Assembly (NCBI GenBank): GCA_030836785.1
Contig: JAUPLT010000304.1
Span: forward strand, 1 to 58,827
DNA: 58,827 nt
Reading direction: 5' to 3'
Origin: Actinomycetota bacterium
GTDB lineage: Bacteria; Actinomycetota; Actinomycetes; Mycobacteriales; Mycobacteriaceae
Part shown: in pieces, positions 37,423 through 49,015 of the stretch
Layout: each line of letters begins with the position of its first letter
Numbering within the stretch: position 1 is the stretch's first letter
Program-made: the position numbers and the translations under genes
Notes under the pieces: generated by a model
What the model saw: only the letters and a program-made list of their open reading frames with translations
Database searches by the model: none
What the model was told of the DNA's origin: nothing

Positions 37423-38847
37423 GTGACGGTTGCCCGCCTCGATGTGGCCTTCTTGCGCCGGGCCCTGGATCGTCGCGGTCTGGATGAAGACGGGGGCGCA
37501 ACCGCACGTCTTCGTTCCGCCGCATGGGTGAGTCTGATCGCGATCGGCGTGGTTGCTGTGGTGTCCATCGCCTTTGCGGACGTCGTATGGATGGCACTCC
37601 CGGGCTTTATCTGGCTCAATGCCGGCATTCTGACCGTCACTGCCGGTGCCTCGGTGGCTCTGCTCGGGCAGGAGGCGCATGGGCAGAACAGTCGTGGGCT
37701 TTCGGCATTGGCCGCCACTTACGGCTATTTGGTGGTCGTCTATCCCGCATTCTTCTTGTCGTTCCCGGGAGCGATCCTCCCCGACGGTCCGTTGCTGGGT
37801 GGTGCGCAGAGTTCGGTGTGGCTGTACTTCGCCGCCCATCTTGGAACCGTTGTCGGGATAGGCATGAGCTGTGTCGTCCGGATTCACGATCGGCACCGGC
37901 GGTGGTGGGATGTCCCCTTGGGCGTCCTCCTCGGCGTCATGGCCTCGGCCTGGGCGATTCATCTGCAGCAGACCCTGCCGGTGCTCATCGACAACGGCGT
38001 CCCCAACCGCCTCTATGACGCACTCAGCGTCATCGTCGTCGTTCTTGGCGTGGCTGTCGGCGGCGTGACACTGCTTTCGGCCCTCCGCACACAGTCACGC
38101 CTGCGCTGGTGGCTTCTCGTCGTCGTCGCACTGGCATCCGCGGATGTGCTGATCCACATGTTTGCCACTGCCCGTTGGGAGGTGGCGTGGTACGTACCGA
38201 GGCTTCTCGGCGCACTGACCGGGGCGCTGCTCATGGTGGTGCTGTTTGCCGAGGTTGCGGCCCAGTCCCGCAGCATCACGGCGTTGCGGGTGCGGGACCG
38301 ACTGTTGGACGCCGAGGAGTTGCGGAAGGCCGCGGAGACTGATCCGCTGACAGGTTGTCTGAATCGCAGGGGTCTCGATGCGCATTTCTCGGCGCTGAGT
38401 CAAACACCTCGATTTGCAAAACCCGTTTTTGCAGCGGTCTATTTTGTTGATCTCGATAATTTCAAGAACATCAACGACGGGTTTTCTCACGAGATCGGAG
38501 ATACCGCGCTCCGGATCGTCGCCGAAGCCCTTCGGCGATCCGTTCGCGCCACTGATCTGGTGGCGCGCTACGGCGGGGATGAATTTGTCGTTGTCGCTGA
38601 GGGGCTCCGGTCGCTGAACGACGCTGACCGAGTGGCGCAGACGTTCGTCCAAGCGATCGCAGACGCACCGGCGGAATCATTGCCGGCCAATCTGGTGGTG
38701 ACAGCAAGCGTTGGTTACGCGCTCACCGAGCTACCTGGACATCTGGAATCTGTCATCCGCGAAGCCGAGCTGGCGATGCGGCAAGCCAAATCAGAGGGAA
38801 AGAACAGATATCGCCGGGGAGCAGGTTCGTTGAGTCGAATACCGTGA
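37423..38847 (+). CDS. Membrane-bound diguanylate cyclase (MASE4-like sensor + GGDEF)
   Basis: Multi-pass N-terminus with FPGA..LLGGAQSSVWLY..H; TDPLTGCLNRR, VDLDNFKNIND, RATD I-site, RYGGDEF. Start GTG 37423 (6 nt after TATCGT) or TTG 37375. Confidence 0.87.
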   Translation: MTVARLDVAFLRRALDRRGLDEDGGATARLRSAAWVSLIAIGVVAVVSIAFADVVWMALPGFIWLNAGILTVTAGASVALLGQEAHGQNSRGLSALAATYGYLVVVYPAFFLSFPGAILPDGPLLGGAQSSVWLYFAAHLGTVVGIGMSCVVRIHDRHRRWWDVPLGVLLGVMASAWAIHLQQTLPVLIDNGVPNRLYDALSVIVVVLGVAVGGVTLLSALRTQSRLRWWLLVVVALASADVLIHMFATARWEVAWYVPRLLGALTGALLMVVLFAEVAAQSRSITALRVRDRLLDAEELRKAAETDPLTGCLNRRGLDAHFSALSQTPRFAKPVFAAVYFVDLDNFKNINDGFSHEIGDTALRIVAEALRRSVRATDLVARYGGDEFVVVAEGLRSLNDADRVAQTFVQAIADAPAESLPANLVVTASVGYALTELPGHLESVIREAELAMRQAKSEGKNRYRRGAGSLSRIP

Positions 38848-39132
38848 AGTTGCGCTGACGATCACTCTGTTGCGGTGCCGTCCGGTGGGCGGCCACTGCG
38901 ACGTGTGACGCTCCGAAGTGGCTGTCGGTCTCGTCCCGAATCTGGTCGCCAAAGTCGCGTTCACAAACCGGCTTTTTCGCAATTTGACAGCACGTCGGCA
39001 CTCCGCCGATACCTTCCCTGAGCTGCGCGCATAACTATTTATGGCAACTCTCTAAGATCACTATTCGATTACACCTGCGGAAATACATCAATGTAATTCT
39101 CTTTCGCAGTTTCCCCTGCGACAAACGTGACG

Positions 39133-39206
39133 TACGGTGCAACTGTCGCCATTGTTATTGATGTGACTCATGGGATGTGAGTTACAGCTGTGACAGACAG
39201 TGAAAC
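39133..39206 (+). promoter_or_regulatory. ripA promoter region with candidate -10 and MtrA-box-like repeats
   Basis: TACGGT at 39133; imperfect inverted repeat GTGACTCA-N7-TGAGTTAC; direct repeats GTTACA/GTGACA/GTGAAA. ripA is an established MtrA target. Confidence 0.45.
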
Positions 39207-39223
39207 TGAGGAGTCAGAGTCGA

Positions 39224-40711
39224 ATGAGATCCCGCATCAGCACCTCCCTTCGCGGTTCTCTTGCGCGGCCAGTCCGCCAGACATCGCGGGCCGTCGCCCC
39301 GCTGACCCTGAGTGTCGCGATGACGCTGACCATCCCGGGCTTGGCGCAGGCCCAGCCGAAGCCGGAGCCCAACACCCTGGCGGCACTCGTCGCCGACGTG
39401 GCCGAGGCCAACCAGCGACTCGAGGAGATCGGGGCCCGGGTCCAGATCGAGCAGGAGGGTGTCAACAAGGCGATCGTCGAGGTCCAGGAGGCCCGCGACG
39501 CCGCTACGGCCGCGCAGCATGAAGTGGACGCCAGCCATCACGCGGTGGAAGAGGCCACCGCCGCGATCGGCGACGCCCAACGGCGGTTCGACACCTTCGC
39601 CGCCGCTGCTTACGTCAACGGTCCGGCGGCCGCACTGGTGCTGGCGCGCACGCCCGAGGACATCATCGCCACATCCACCGCCGGACAGACGCTTGCGCTG
39701 AGCTCGCAGCAGGTGATCTCCGGGCTCCGGCGGGCCCAGACCGAGGTGGTCAACAAGGACTCCGCGGTCCGGCTCGCCAAACAGAAGGCCGATGAAGCCG
39801 TCCAAAGTGCCCAGCACAGCCAGGACGCCGCAGTCGAGGCCCTGACCAGGGCGCAGGCGACCTTTAGGGAGCAGCAGGCCGAGATCGACCGGGTTGCCGC
39901 CGAACGCAAGGAGGCTCGGCGCAAGCTGGAGGAGGCCCGTCAGTGGTCGGCCCCGACCGCGCCTGACGCCGCACCGATATCCAAGGACTCCGCCGCCCTT
40001 CCGCAGGCTGCTGCGCCGGGCAACCCGGGCACGGGGGACCGCTGGGATCCCGCTGCCGGGGCAGGGCCGGCCGCGACGGTCAAGGTGCCGTACGGAAAGG
40101 CGTCGGAGTGGGATCTGACTCTCCCCGCCATCCCCAGCGCGTTCATGTCGGGCGACCCGGTTCAGATCATCAACGCGGTGCTGCAGATTGCGATGAACTC
40201 GATGCAGGTCACCCAGGACCTGGGCAAGCAGTTCCTGCAGAAGCTGGGGATTCTCAAGCCCACCGACACCGGCATCACCAACGGCGGCGGCATCCCGTTG
40301 GTGTACGGCAACCAGGCGATCGAGTACGTGATCAAGAGGGCGCAGTCCCAGATCGGAGTGCCGTACTCGTGGGGAGGCGGGAATGCGGCCGGGGCGAGTC
40401 GCGGTATCGACTCGGGTGCGAACACCGTCGGCTTCGACTGCTCCGGGCTGGTTCTGTACGCCTTTGCCGGTGCCGGGATCAAGCTGCCGCACTACTCCGG
40501 GTCGCAGTACAACATGGGCCGCAAGATCCCATCGGCCCAGATGCGCCGTGGTGATGTGATCTTCTGGGGACCCGGTGGCTCTCAGCACGTCGCGATCTTC
40601 CTTGGCAACGGGCAGATGATCGAGGCGCCCTACACCGGTTCGTTCGTCAAGATCTCCCCGGTTCGCACCAGCGGTATGACCCCGTTCGTCGTGCGCTACA
40701 TCGAGTGGTGA
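39224..40711 (+). CDS. ripA: NlpC/P60 peptidoglycan endopeptidase RipA
   Basis: Signal peptide, coiled coil, WDLTLPAIPSA, GVPYSWGGG, GFDCSGL, SQHVAI. Start ATG 39224 after GAGGAG. Confidence 0.96.
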   Translation: MRSRISTSLRGSLARPVRQTSRAVAPLTLSVAMTLTIPGLAQAQPKPEPNTLAALVADVAEANQRLEEIGARVQIEQEGVNKAIVEVQEARDAATAAQHEVDASHHAVEEATAAIGDAQRRFDTFAAAAYVNGPAAALVLARTPEDIIATSTAGQTLALSSQQVISGLRRAQTEVVNKDSAVRLAKQKADEAVQSAQHSQDAAVEALTRAQATFREQQAEIDRVAAERKEARRKLEEARQWSAPTAPDAAPISKDSAALPQAAAPGNPGTGDRWDPAAGAGPAATVKVPYGKASEWDLTLPAIPSAFMSGDPVQIINAVLQIAMNSMQVTQDLGKQFLQKLGILKPTDTGITNGGGIPLVYGNQAIEYVIKRAQSQIGVPYSWGGGNAAGASRGIDSGANTVGFDCSGLVLYAFAGAGIKLPHYSGSQYNMGRKIPSAQMRRGDVIFWGPGGSQHVAIFLGNGQMIEAPYTGSFVKISPVRTSGMTPFVVRYIEW

Positions 40712-41424
40712 CGGAGAAGACCATGTCTGGCAACCTGATTCGCGCTCTTCGGGCACTGGCTTCGGGGGCAATCGCGGTAGTACTCGCAATCGGCCTCGCA
40801 ATGGGCTCGGCCGCGCCGGCCTCGGCGGAGCCCGAGTGGGATCCGACGCTGCCGAAGCTGATCAGTTCCGGCGCGCCCGGCGACCCGGTCGCGGTGGCAC
40901 AGGCGTCGCTGGCGTTCACGCAGCAGGCTGCAAAGGCCACGATGGACCTGGGTCGCAAGTTCCTGTCCGGCCTGGGCATCGGCGGCAGTCCCACCGCCCT
41001 GGCCGGTGGTCGGGTGCGTGGCCCCCAGGCGATCGAGTACGTGATCGCACGTGGCGGCTCTCAGCGGGGAGTGCCGTACTCCTGGGGCGGCGGTGCCATC
41101 AACGGCCCCAGCGAAGGTGTGGACCACGACGCAGGGAAGGTCGGGTACGACTGCTCGGGCTTCACCCGCTACGCGTTCGCCGGGGTTGGGGTGCAGATTC
41201 CCAAGTACTCCGGCGATCAGTACACCGCGGGCCGGCACGTTCCGCCGTCGCAGGCCAAGCGGGGAGACCTCATCTTCTGGGGTCCAGGCGGCAGTCAGCA
41301 CGTCGCCATCTACCTGGGCAACGGTCAGATGCTGGAGGCGTCGTCGGCAGCGGGCCAGGTCACCGTCAGCCCGGTCCGGACGGCTGGTATGACCCCGTAC
41401 GTGACGCGCATCATCGAAACCTGA
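40708..41424 (+). CDS. ripB: NlpC/P60 peptidoglycan endopeptidase RipB
   Basis: Signal peptide, WDPTLPKLISSGAPGDP, GVPYSWGGG, GYDCSGF. Start GTG 40708 (overlapping the ripA stop) or ATG 40723. Confidence 0.95.
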   Translation: MTEKTMSGNLIRALRALASGAIAVVLAIGLAMGSAAPASAEPEWDPTLPKLISSGAPGDPVAVAQASLAFTQQAAKATMDLGRKFLSGLGIGGSPTALAGGRVRGPQAIEYVIARGGSQRGVPYSWGGGAINGPSEGVDHDAGKVGYDCSGFTRYAFAGVGVQIPKYSGDQYTAGRHVPPSQAKRGDLIFWGPGGSQHVAIYLGNGQMLEASSAAGQVTVSPVRTAGMTPYVTRIIET

Positions 41425-41445
41425 GGCCACTGCCTGCGTGGGTCC

Positions 41446-41480
41446 CACAGGCGCGCCCGGCGCGGCCCGGCGCGCCTGTG
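41446..41480 (+). terminator. GC-rich hairpin after ripB (probable intrinsic terminator without U-tract)
   Basis: CACAGGCGCGCC-N11-GGCGCGCCTGTG, a 12-bp perfect stem. Confidence 0.6.
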
Positions 41481-41619
41481 AGCGGGCTACGTCGACGTAA
41501 TCCGGATGGCCTGGAATAGTTGTGGCCGGGGCACAACGCTGCCCGCAAGCAACCATGACAAGACGGGCCGACATGCCGGCGACGACCGGGTGCCCATCGA
41601 ACAGCTGTGGAGGAATCGA

Positions 41620-42741
41620 ATGACGTCACCCGGTGGGACACCCGCGGGGCCCGGAGCCAATGGTCTGTCCGGCGGTCTGGCCGGCGAGGTGCACACCCTG
41701 GAACGGGCGATCTTCGAGGTCAAGCGCATCATCGTGGGCCAGGACCAACTGGTGGAACGCATTCTGGTAGGCCTGCTGGCCAAGGGCCACGTGCTGCTCG
41801 AGGGCGTGCCGGGAGTGGCAAAGACCCTGGCCGTGGAGACGTTCGCCAAGGTCGTCGGCGGCACCTTCTCGCGCATCCAGTTCACCCCCGACCTGGTGCC
41901 CACCGACATCATCGGCACCCGGATCTACCGCCAGGGCCGCGAGGAGTTCGACATCGAACTCGGCCCGGTGGTGTGCAACTTCCTGCTGGCCGACGAGATC
42001 AACCGCGCCCCGGCGAAGGTTCAGTCGGCGCTGCTCGAGGTGATGGCAGAGCGCAAGATCTCAATCGGCGGGAAGTCCTACCCGCTGCCTAAGCCGTTCC
42101 TGGTCATGGCGACCCAGAACCCGATCGAGAATGAGGGCGTCTACCCGCTTCCCGAAGCCCAACGGGACCGGTTCCTGTTCAAGATCAACGTGGGCTATCC
42201 CTCCCCGGAGGAGGAGCGCGAGATCATCTACCGGATGGGTGTGACTCCGCCGGAGCCCAAGCAGGTGCTCGACACCGGCGATCTGCTGCGCTTGCAGGAG
42301 GTCGCGGCGAACAACTTCGTCCATCACGCGCTGGTGGACTATGTCGTGCGGGTCGTCACGGCCACCCGAGTGCCGGAGCAGTTCGGAATGCCCGACGTGA
42401 AGGCTTGGATCGCCTTCGGCGCGTCACCGCGTGCGTCACTGGGCATCATTGCCGCGTCCCGGGCGCTGGCACTGGTCCGGGGGCGGGATTATGTGATCCC
42501 GCAGGACGTGGTCGATGTGATTCCGGACGTGCTGCGGCACCGCCTGGTGCTGACCTACGACGCGTTGGCCGATGATGTCAAGGCGGAAACAGTGATCAGC
42601 CGGATTCTCCAGACTGTGGGGCTGCCTCAGGTCAATGCTGTTCCGCAGCAGGGGCATTCGGTTCCGCCGATGGGTATGCCGGTTCAGGCCGGCCCGCCCG
42701 GACCGGCCGTCGCACCCGCGGCCGGCGCCCACTCTCGGTGA
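41620..42741 (+). CDS. moxR1: MoxR family AAA+ ATPase chaperone
   Basis: GHVLLEGVPGVAKT, RIQFTPDL, LLADEINRAPAK, ATQNP, LPEAQRDRF, GASPR. Confidence 0.95.
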   Translation: MTSPGGTPAGPGANGLSGGLAGEVHTLERAIFEVKRIIVGQDQLVERILVGLLAKGHVLLEGVPGVAKTLAVETFAKVVGGTFSRIQFTPDLVPTDIIGTRIYRQGREEFDIELGPVVCNFLLADEINRAPAKVQSALLEVMAERKISIGGKSYPLPKPFLVMATQNPIENEGVYPLPEAQRDRFLFKINVGYPSPEEEREIIYRMGVTPPEPKQVLDTGDLLRLQEVAANNFVHHALVDYVVRVVTATRVPEQFGMPDVKAWIAFGASPRASLGIIAASRALALVRGRDYVIPQDVVDVIPDVLRHRLVLTYDALADDVKAETVISRILQTVGLPQVNAVPQQGHSVPPMGMPVQAGPPGPAVAPAAGAHSR

Positions 42742-43682
42742 GTCCGCCCGATCCCGTTCACCCGCCCTCGTTCGGGCGCGGTGAGATCGGTGACCCCAAG
42801 CTGTCGGCGGCCCTGCGGACGCTGGAACTGACCGTCAAGCGCAAGCTCGACGGCGTTCTGCAAGGTAATCACCTCGGTCTCATCCCCGGGCCCGGCTCGG
42901 AGCCGGGGGAGTCGCGGATGTACCAGCCCGGTGACGACGTTCGCCGGATGGACTGGTCGGTGACCGCCCGCACCACCCACCCGCACGTTCGGCAGATGAT
43001 CGCCGATCGCGAGCTGGAGACGTGGATGGTCGTCGATATGTCCGCCAGCCTGGACTTCGGGACCGCGGGCTGTGAGAAGCGTGATTTGGCGGTGGCGGCC
43101 GCTGCGGCTATCACCTACCTCAACAGCGGTGGCGGAAACCGGATCGGTGCATTGATCGCCAACGGGCAGAGCATCGTCAGAGTGCCGGCCCGCGGTGGCC
43201 GGCAGCACGAGCAGACGCTGCTGCGGGCGATCGCCACCTCGCCCCGGGCGCCACTGGGCGTCCGCGGCGACCTGGCCGGTGCCATCGATGCGTTGCGCCG
43301 CCCGGAGCGCCGCCGCGGGATGGCCGTCATCATCAGCGACTTCCTCGGCCCGATCACCTGGATGCGCCCACTGCGGGCCATCGCCGCCCGACACGAGGTG
43401 CTCGGTATCGAGGTGCTCGATCCACGAGACGTGGAGTTGCCCGACGTCGGCGACGTCATCCTCCAGGACACCGAGTCCGGCGTCACCCGTGAGTTCACCA
43501 TCGACGCCCAGTTGCGCGACGACTTCGCCCGCGCGGCCGCCGCGCACCGGGCGGAGGTGGCCCGCACGCTGCGCCGGTGCGGAGCGCCACTGATGACACT
43601 GCGTACCGACCGGGATTGGATTGCCGACATCGTCCGCTTCGTGGCGTCACGGCGCCGCGGCGCCTTCGCAGGCAGCCAGTGA
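42738..43682 (+). CDS. DUF58 family protein (Rv1480-like)
   Basis: [36 protein letters not shown]. Confidence 0.93.
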   Translation: MSPPDPVHPPSFGRGEIGDPKLSAALRTLELTVKRKLDGVLQGNHLGLIPGPGSEPGESRMYQPGDDVRRMDWSVTARTTHPHVRQMIADRELETWMVVDMSASLDFGTAGCEKRDLAVAAAAAITYLNSGGGNRIGALIANGQSIVRVPARGGRQHEQTLLRAIATSPRAPLGVRGDLAGAIDALRRPERRRGMAVIISDFLGPITWMRPLRAIAARHEVLGIEVLDPRDVELPDVGDVILQDTESGVTREFTIDAQLRDDFARAAAAHRAEVARTLRRCGAPLMTLRTDRDWIADIVRFVASRRRGAFAGSQ

Positions 43683-43702
43683 GCCGGCTCAGGGGAGAGA
43701 AG

Positions 43703-43747
43703 CCGGTGAGCGAGAGCCCGCTGAGCGGGAGCCCGGTGAGCGAGAGC
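43703..43747 (+). repeat. 3 x 15-bp intergenic tandem repeat (VNTR-like)
   Basis: CCGGTGAGCGAGAGC / CCGCTGAGCGGGAGC / CCGGTGAGCGAGAGC. Confidence 0.92.
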
Positions 43748-43758
43748 AAGGACGACCG

Positions 43759-44766
43759 ATGACACTGCCGCTGATCGGGCCGATTTCGCTGGGCGACTTC
43801 GCCCACCCGTGGTTTTTCCTGTTCCTGCTGGTGGTTGCCGGGCTGGTCGGCCTCTATGTGGTGGTGCAGGTCGCCCGACAGCAACGCATTCTGCGCTTCG
43901 CCAACATGGAGCTGTTGGAAAGCGTCGCCCCCAAACGCCCGAGTCGCTGGCGACATGTACCCGCGATTCTGCTGGTGGCGTCGCTGGTGCTGCTGACCGT
44001 CGCGATGGCCGGCCCGCAGAATGACGTCCGCACGCCCCGAAACCGGGCGGTGGTGATGTTGGTCATCGACGTGTCGCAGTCCATGCGTGCGACCGATGTC
44101 GAGCCCAGCCGTCTGGCGGCCGCCCAGGAGGCCGCCAAACAGTTCGCCGATCAGCTGACCCCGGGTATCAACCTCGGCCTGATCTCCTATGCCGGGACCG
44201 CCACCGTGCTGGTGTCCCCGACGGTCAACCGCGAGCCGACCAAGTTGGCGATAGACAAGCTGCAACTCGCGGACCGCACCGCGACCGGTGAGGCGATCTT
44301 CACCGCCTTGCAGGCGATCGCGACCGTCGGCGCGGTCATCGGTGGCGGCGACGGTCCGCCGCCCGCCCGGATCGTGCTGATGTCGGACGGTAAAGAGACG
44401 GTGCCGTCCAACCCGGACAACCCCAAGGGCGCCTACACCGCCGCGCGTACCGCGAAAGATCAGGGCGTGCCGATCTCCACGGTGTCCTTCGGTACCCCCT
44501 ACGGCTATGTCGAGATCAACGACCAGCGTCAGCCGGTGCCGGTCGACGAGGTGATGCTCAAGAAGATCGCCGAATTGTCGGATGGGAACCACTACAGCGC
44601 CGCCAGTCTGGAACAGCTCAAGGAGGTGTTCAGCTCGCTGCAGGACCAGATCGGCTACGAGACGGTCAAGGGCGATGCCAGCGTCGGCTGGTTGCGGCTC
44701 GGCGCACTGACATTGGCGTTGGCCGCCCTGGCCGCACTGCTGATCAACCGGCGCCTGCCGGGCTGA
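43759..44766 (+). CDS. VWA-domain membrane protein (Rv1481-like, BatA type)
   Basis: Two N-terminal transmembrane segments, MIDAS motif DVSQSM, TATGEAI, LMSDG, C-terminal transmembrane segment. Start ATG 43759. Confidence 0.93.
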   Translation: MTLPLIGPISLGDFAHPWFFLFLLVVAGLVGLYVVVQVARQQRILRFANMELLESVAPKRPSRWRHVPAILLVASLVLLTVAMAGPQNDVRTPRNRAVVMLVIDVSQSMRATDVEPSRLAAAQEAAKQFADQLTPGINLGLISYAGTATVLVSPTVNREPTKLAIDKLQLADRTATGEAIFTALQAIATVGAVIGGGDGPPPARIVLMSDGKETVPSNPDNPKGAYTAARTAKDQGVPISTVSFGTPYGYVEINDQRQPVPVDEVMLKKIAELSDGNHYSAASLEQLKEVFSSLQDQIGYETVKGDASVGWLRLGALTLALAALAALLINRRLPG

Positions 44767-45642
<876 letters not shown>

Positions 45643-45665
45643 CTCACCACAACGAAAGGACTTAC

Positions 45666-46475
45666 ATGGCAGGGCTTCTCGAGGGCAAGCGTGTCCTCGT
45701 CACAGGAATCATCACGGACTCGTCGATCGCATTCCACATCGCCAGGGTCGCCCAGGAGCAGGGTGCGGAGATCGTCTGCACCGGGTTCAACAAGATGCGG
45801 CTGATCGAGCGGATCCTGAAGCGACTTCCCAGCGCGCCGCCCCTATTGGAGCTCGACGTGCAGAACGAGGAGCATCTCGACTCCCTGGCTGACCGGATCG
45901 CCGAGGTCATCGGTGCCGGAAACAAACTCGACGGTGTGGTGCACTCGATCGGGTTCATGCCGCAGACCGGGATGGGAATCAACCCGTTCTTCGATGCTCC
46001 CTACGAGGATGTCGCCAAAGGGATCCACATCTCGGCGTATTCGTACGCCTCGCTCGCCAAAGCGACGCTGCCGATCATCAACCCCGGCGGCGGTATCGTC
46101 GGCATGGACTTCGACCCGACCCGCGCCATGCCCGCCTACAACTGGATGACGGTGGCCAAGAGCGCGTTGGAGTCGGTGAACCGGTTCGTGGCTCGGGAGG
46201 CTGGGAAGGTCGGCGTGCGGTCGAATCTCGTTGCAGCCGGGCCGATCCGGACCCTGGCGATGAGCGCGATCGTCGGCGGAGCACTCGGTGACGAGGCCGG
46301 CGCCCAGATGAAGTTACTGGAAGAGGGCTGGGACCAGCGTGCGCCGCTGGGCTGGGACATGAAAGACCCCACCCCGGTTGCCAAGACGGTGTGCGCGCTG
46401 ATCTCCGACTGGTTGCCCGCCACCACCGGAACCGTCATCTATGCCGACGGCGGCGCCAGCACCCAGCTGTTGTGA
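45666..46475 (+). CDS. inhA: NADH-dependent enoyl-ACP reductase InhA
   Basis: [51 protein letters not shown]. Confidence 0.98.
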   Translation: MAGLLEGKRVLVTGIITDSSIAFHIARVAQEQGAEIVCTGFNKMRLIERILKRLPSAPPLLELDVQNEEHLDSLADRIAEVIGAGNKLDGVVHSIGFMPQTGMGINPFFDAPYEDVAKGIHISAYSYASLAKATLPIINPGGGIVGMDFDPTRAMPAYNWMTVAKSALESVNRFVAREAGKVGVRSNLVAAGPIRTLAMSAIVGGALGDEAGAQMKLLEEGWDQRAPLGWDMKDPTPVAKTVCALISDWLPATTGTVIYADGGASTQLL

Positions 46476-46527
46476 TGAGCGCTTGCGCGATGAGTCGACA
46501 GTCGCGACGAGCCGACAGTCCTGAGCG

Positions 46528-47622
46528 ATGATGTCCGAACAAGGTCAGTTCGACGCCTTGCTGCTGCTCTCCTTCGGGGGCCCCGAGGGGCCCGACGAGG
46601 TGATGCCGTTCTTGGAGAACGTCACCCGGGGACGCGGCATCCCCCGGGCACGCCTCGAGTCGGTGGCCGAGCACTACCTGCACTTCGGCGGGGTGTCGCC
46701 GATCAACGGCATCAACCGGGCGCTCATCGAGCAGATCCGTATCGAGTTGGCCGACCGCGGTGAACGCCTGCCGGTGTACTTCGGCAACCGGAACTGGGGG
46801 CCATTCGCCGAAGACGCGGTGGCGGCGATGAAAGCCGACGGGATCACCCGCGCCGCGGTGTTCAGCACGTCGGCCTGGGGTGGCTACTCCGGTTGCGCGC
46901 AGTATCAGGAGGACATCGTTCGGGCGCGAGCCGCGTCCGGCGACGGCGCACCGGAGCTCGTCAAGCTCCGTCAGTACTTCGACCATCCACTACTGGTGGG
47001 GATGTTCGCCGACGGCATTGCCGCGGCCGCGGCAGGCCTGCCGGAGTCGCTGCGGACCGAGGCCCGGTTGGTGTTCACCGCGCACTCCATTCCGCTGCGG
47101 GCCGTCGACCGTTGCGGACCCAGCCTGTATCCCCGCCAGGTCCAGTACACCTCGGCACTGGTCGCCGCGGCGGCAGGCTATTCGGACTACGACGTGGTGT
47201 GGCAGTCGCGCTCCGGACCGCCTCAGGTCCCGTGGCTGGAACCTGATGTGGGAGATCATCTTTCGGTGCTCGCCCAGGATGGCGTCAAGGCCGTCATCGT
47301 CTGTCCGATCGGATTCGTCGCCGACCACATCGAGGTGATCTGGGACCTCGACAGCGAACTCGCCGAGCAGGCCCAAGAGCTGGGCGTCGCTCTCGCGCGG
47401 GCCACCACCCCGAACGCGCAACCGCGCTTCGCCCGCCTTGCCCTCGAACTGCTCGATGAGGTGCGCGACGGACGTGAACCCGCAAGAGTCATTGGGCCAG
47501 AGCCGGTTCCGGGCTACGGATCCAGCGTCAACGGGCGGTATTGCACGTCGGTGTGCGAGGCGGGAGCGGCGGCTGCGGCCGCTGCGCCCTCCGGCCGCCC
47601 CGGGGCCGGCGGCAGCCGCTAA
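46528..47622 (+). CDS. hemZ: Ferrochelatase (HemZ/CpfC)
   Basis: [47 protein letters not shown]. Confidence 0.96.
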   Translation: MMSEQGQFDALLLLSFGGPEGPDEVMPFLENVTRGRGIPRARLESVAEHYLHFGGVSPINGINRALIEQIRIELADRGERLPVYFGNRNWGPFAEDAVAAMKADGITRAAVFSTSAWGGYSGCAQYQEDIVRARAASGDGAPELVKLRQYFDHPLLVGMFADGIAAAAAGLPESLRTEARLVFTAHSIPLRAVDRCGPSLYPRQVQYTSALVAAAAGYSDYDVVWQSRSGPPQVPWLEPDVGDHLSVLAQDGVKAVIVCPIGFVADHIEVIWDLDSELAEQAQELGVALARATTPNAQPRFARLALELLDEVRDGREPARVIGPEPVPGYGSSVNGRYCTSVCEAGAAAAAAAPSGRPGAGGSR

Positions 47623-48470
47623 CCCCAGGCCGACTGCAGGATTGCGCTGACAGCGGCAGCGCGGGCTTCGCGGACGACCGACATCAGTGGGCGCATCGCA
47701 GTGTCGGCGATCCGGGCCTCCGAGGCGCTCTGGATGCCGATCGGCGTCGTTCCAGTGCTCACCGTGATGATCGCGTCGATATGCGCCGCGGTTTCCAGCA
47801 CCCTGACCGCCCGGGTGGGGGCGTGGTCGGGGATCCGGTGGTGGCTTGCCGCCTGGCGTAATTCCTCTACCAGTGTCCTCGGGTCATCGGCGTTGCCCAG
47901 CAGTCGGAGACTGGTCAGGGCCTCGGCGGCTGAGCGCACCCCGGAACGCAGGGCGTACTCGGCTTCCCCCAGATCTGTACTGGGCGCGGGGGACACTCCC
48001 GGCAGTGAGTACACCGACCAGATCAGCACCCCGGTAGGCGGTGACGCTTCCGCTTCGGGCGTCTCGCCGTCGTACTCGAACACCGGTACCAGCCCGATTG
48101 CGCCGTCGGCATCGCCCACAACGACCGCCTCGCCGGCGTCCAGTGCGTCCGCCGCGAAAGTGGTGCCGGCCGGGAGGCCGCGGACATCCCCGGGCACTGG
48201 TTGCAGCACGGCGATGGACGGCGGTGCCGGTATGACGCCGTCGGAGCGCGAAACCGCGGCGGAGCGCAGTGTCTGCAGCAGGGATATCGGCCCTGCCGCG
48301 TCGACGTCGGGCCAGGGCAAACCGGTCCGGCCCGCTGCGACCGCGTCGTAGGCGACAACCGAATGCGTTGGGGCCCAAGCGCTTAGCGCGTCGAGAACAT
48401 CGTCCGGCGCGGCATGACCGGCCAACCAGGCGTTGGCCCACACCGATAGCGAGACGCTCGGGCACCACAT
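47619..48470 (-). CDS. Conserved hypothetical protein (Rv1486c-like)
   Basis: [44 protein letters not shown]; syntenic position. Confidence 0.87.
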   Translation of the reverse strand: MWCPSVSLSVWANAWLAGHAAPDDVLDALSAWAPTHSVVAYDAVAAGRTGLPWPDVDAAGPISLLQTLRSAAVSRSDGVIPAPPSIAVLQPVPGDVRGLPAGTTFAADALDAGEAVVVGDADGAIGLVPVFEYDGETPEAEASPPTGVLIWSVYSLPGVSPAPSTDLGEAEYALRSGVRSAAEALTSLRLLGNADDPRTLVEELRQAASHHRIPDHAPTRAVRVLETAAHIDAIITVSTGTTPIGIQSASEARIADTAMRPLMSVVREARAAAVSAILQSAWG

Positions 48471-48549
48471 GATGGCCGTGAGTGTAGTTGTTTGAGGGCG
48501 ACGTGCGCGGTTGACATCGCGGGTCAGCGCGTGTGGGTATGGTTGCAGA

Positions 48550-48978
48550 GTGGCGCTGATCTGGTTCGTGGTCGCCGTGGGTCTTGCTGCCGCCGAGGCG
48601 CTGACCGGCGACATGTTCCTGCTGATGCTCAGCGGGGGTGCGCTCGCTGCCGCCGGTTCGAACTGGCTGCTCGGCTGGCCGCTGTGGGCGGATGGCGCGG
48701 TGTTCCTGGTCGTTTCGCTGCTGTTGCTCACGCTGGTGCGGCCGCCACTGCGGCGCAAGCTCTCCGCTGGCGGAGGCCTTCCCGAGCCGGTGAAGGCGCT
48801 GGAAGGCAAGCACGCTCTGGTGCTCGACCGGGTTGACCGGCAGCGCGGTCAGGTCAAACTGGACGGCGAGGTCTGGACCGCCCGTCCGCTTAACGACGAC
48901 GATGTCTATCAGCCCGGTGATCAGGTGACCGTCATACATATCGACGGAGCGACCGCGGTGGTATGGCGCGGCCCGTGA
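48550..48978 (+). CDS. NfeD family membrane protein
   Basis: [36 protein letters not shown]; TATGGT 6 nt before GTG 48550; upstream of the SPFH gene. Confidence 0.92.
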   Translation: MALIWFVVAVGLAAAEALTGDMFLLMLSGGALAAAGSNWLLGWPLWADGAVFLVVSLLLLTLVRPPLRRKLSAGGGLPEPVKALEGKHALVLDRVDRQRGQVKLDGEVWTARPLNDDDVYQPGDQVTVIHIDGATAVVWRGP

Positions 48979-49015
48979 GAGTCATAGGCCGAGTTGGGCA
49001 GGAGGAGGACCTGAC

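Noticed and set aside
45666-46475. Isoniazid-resistance substitutions in InhA
   Set aside because: The I21, S94 and I194 equivalents (DSSIAF, VHSIG, GPIRT) read as wild type.
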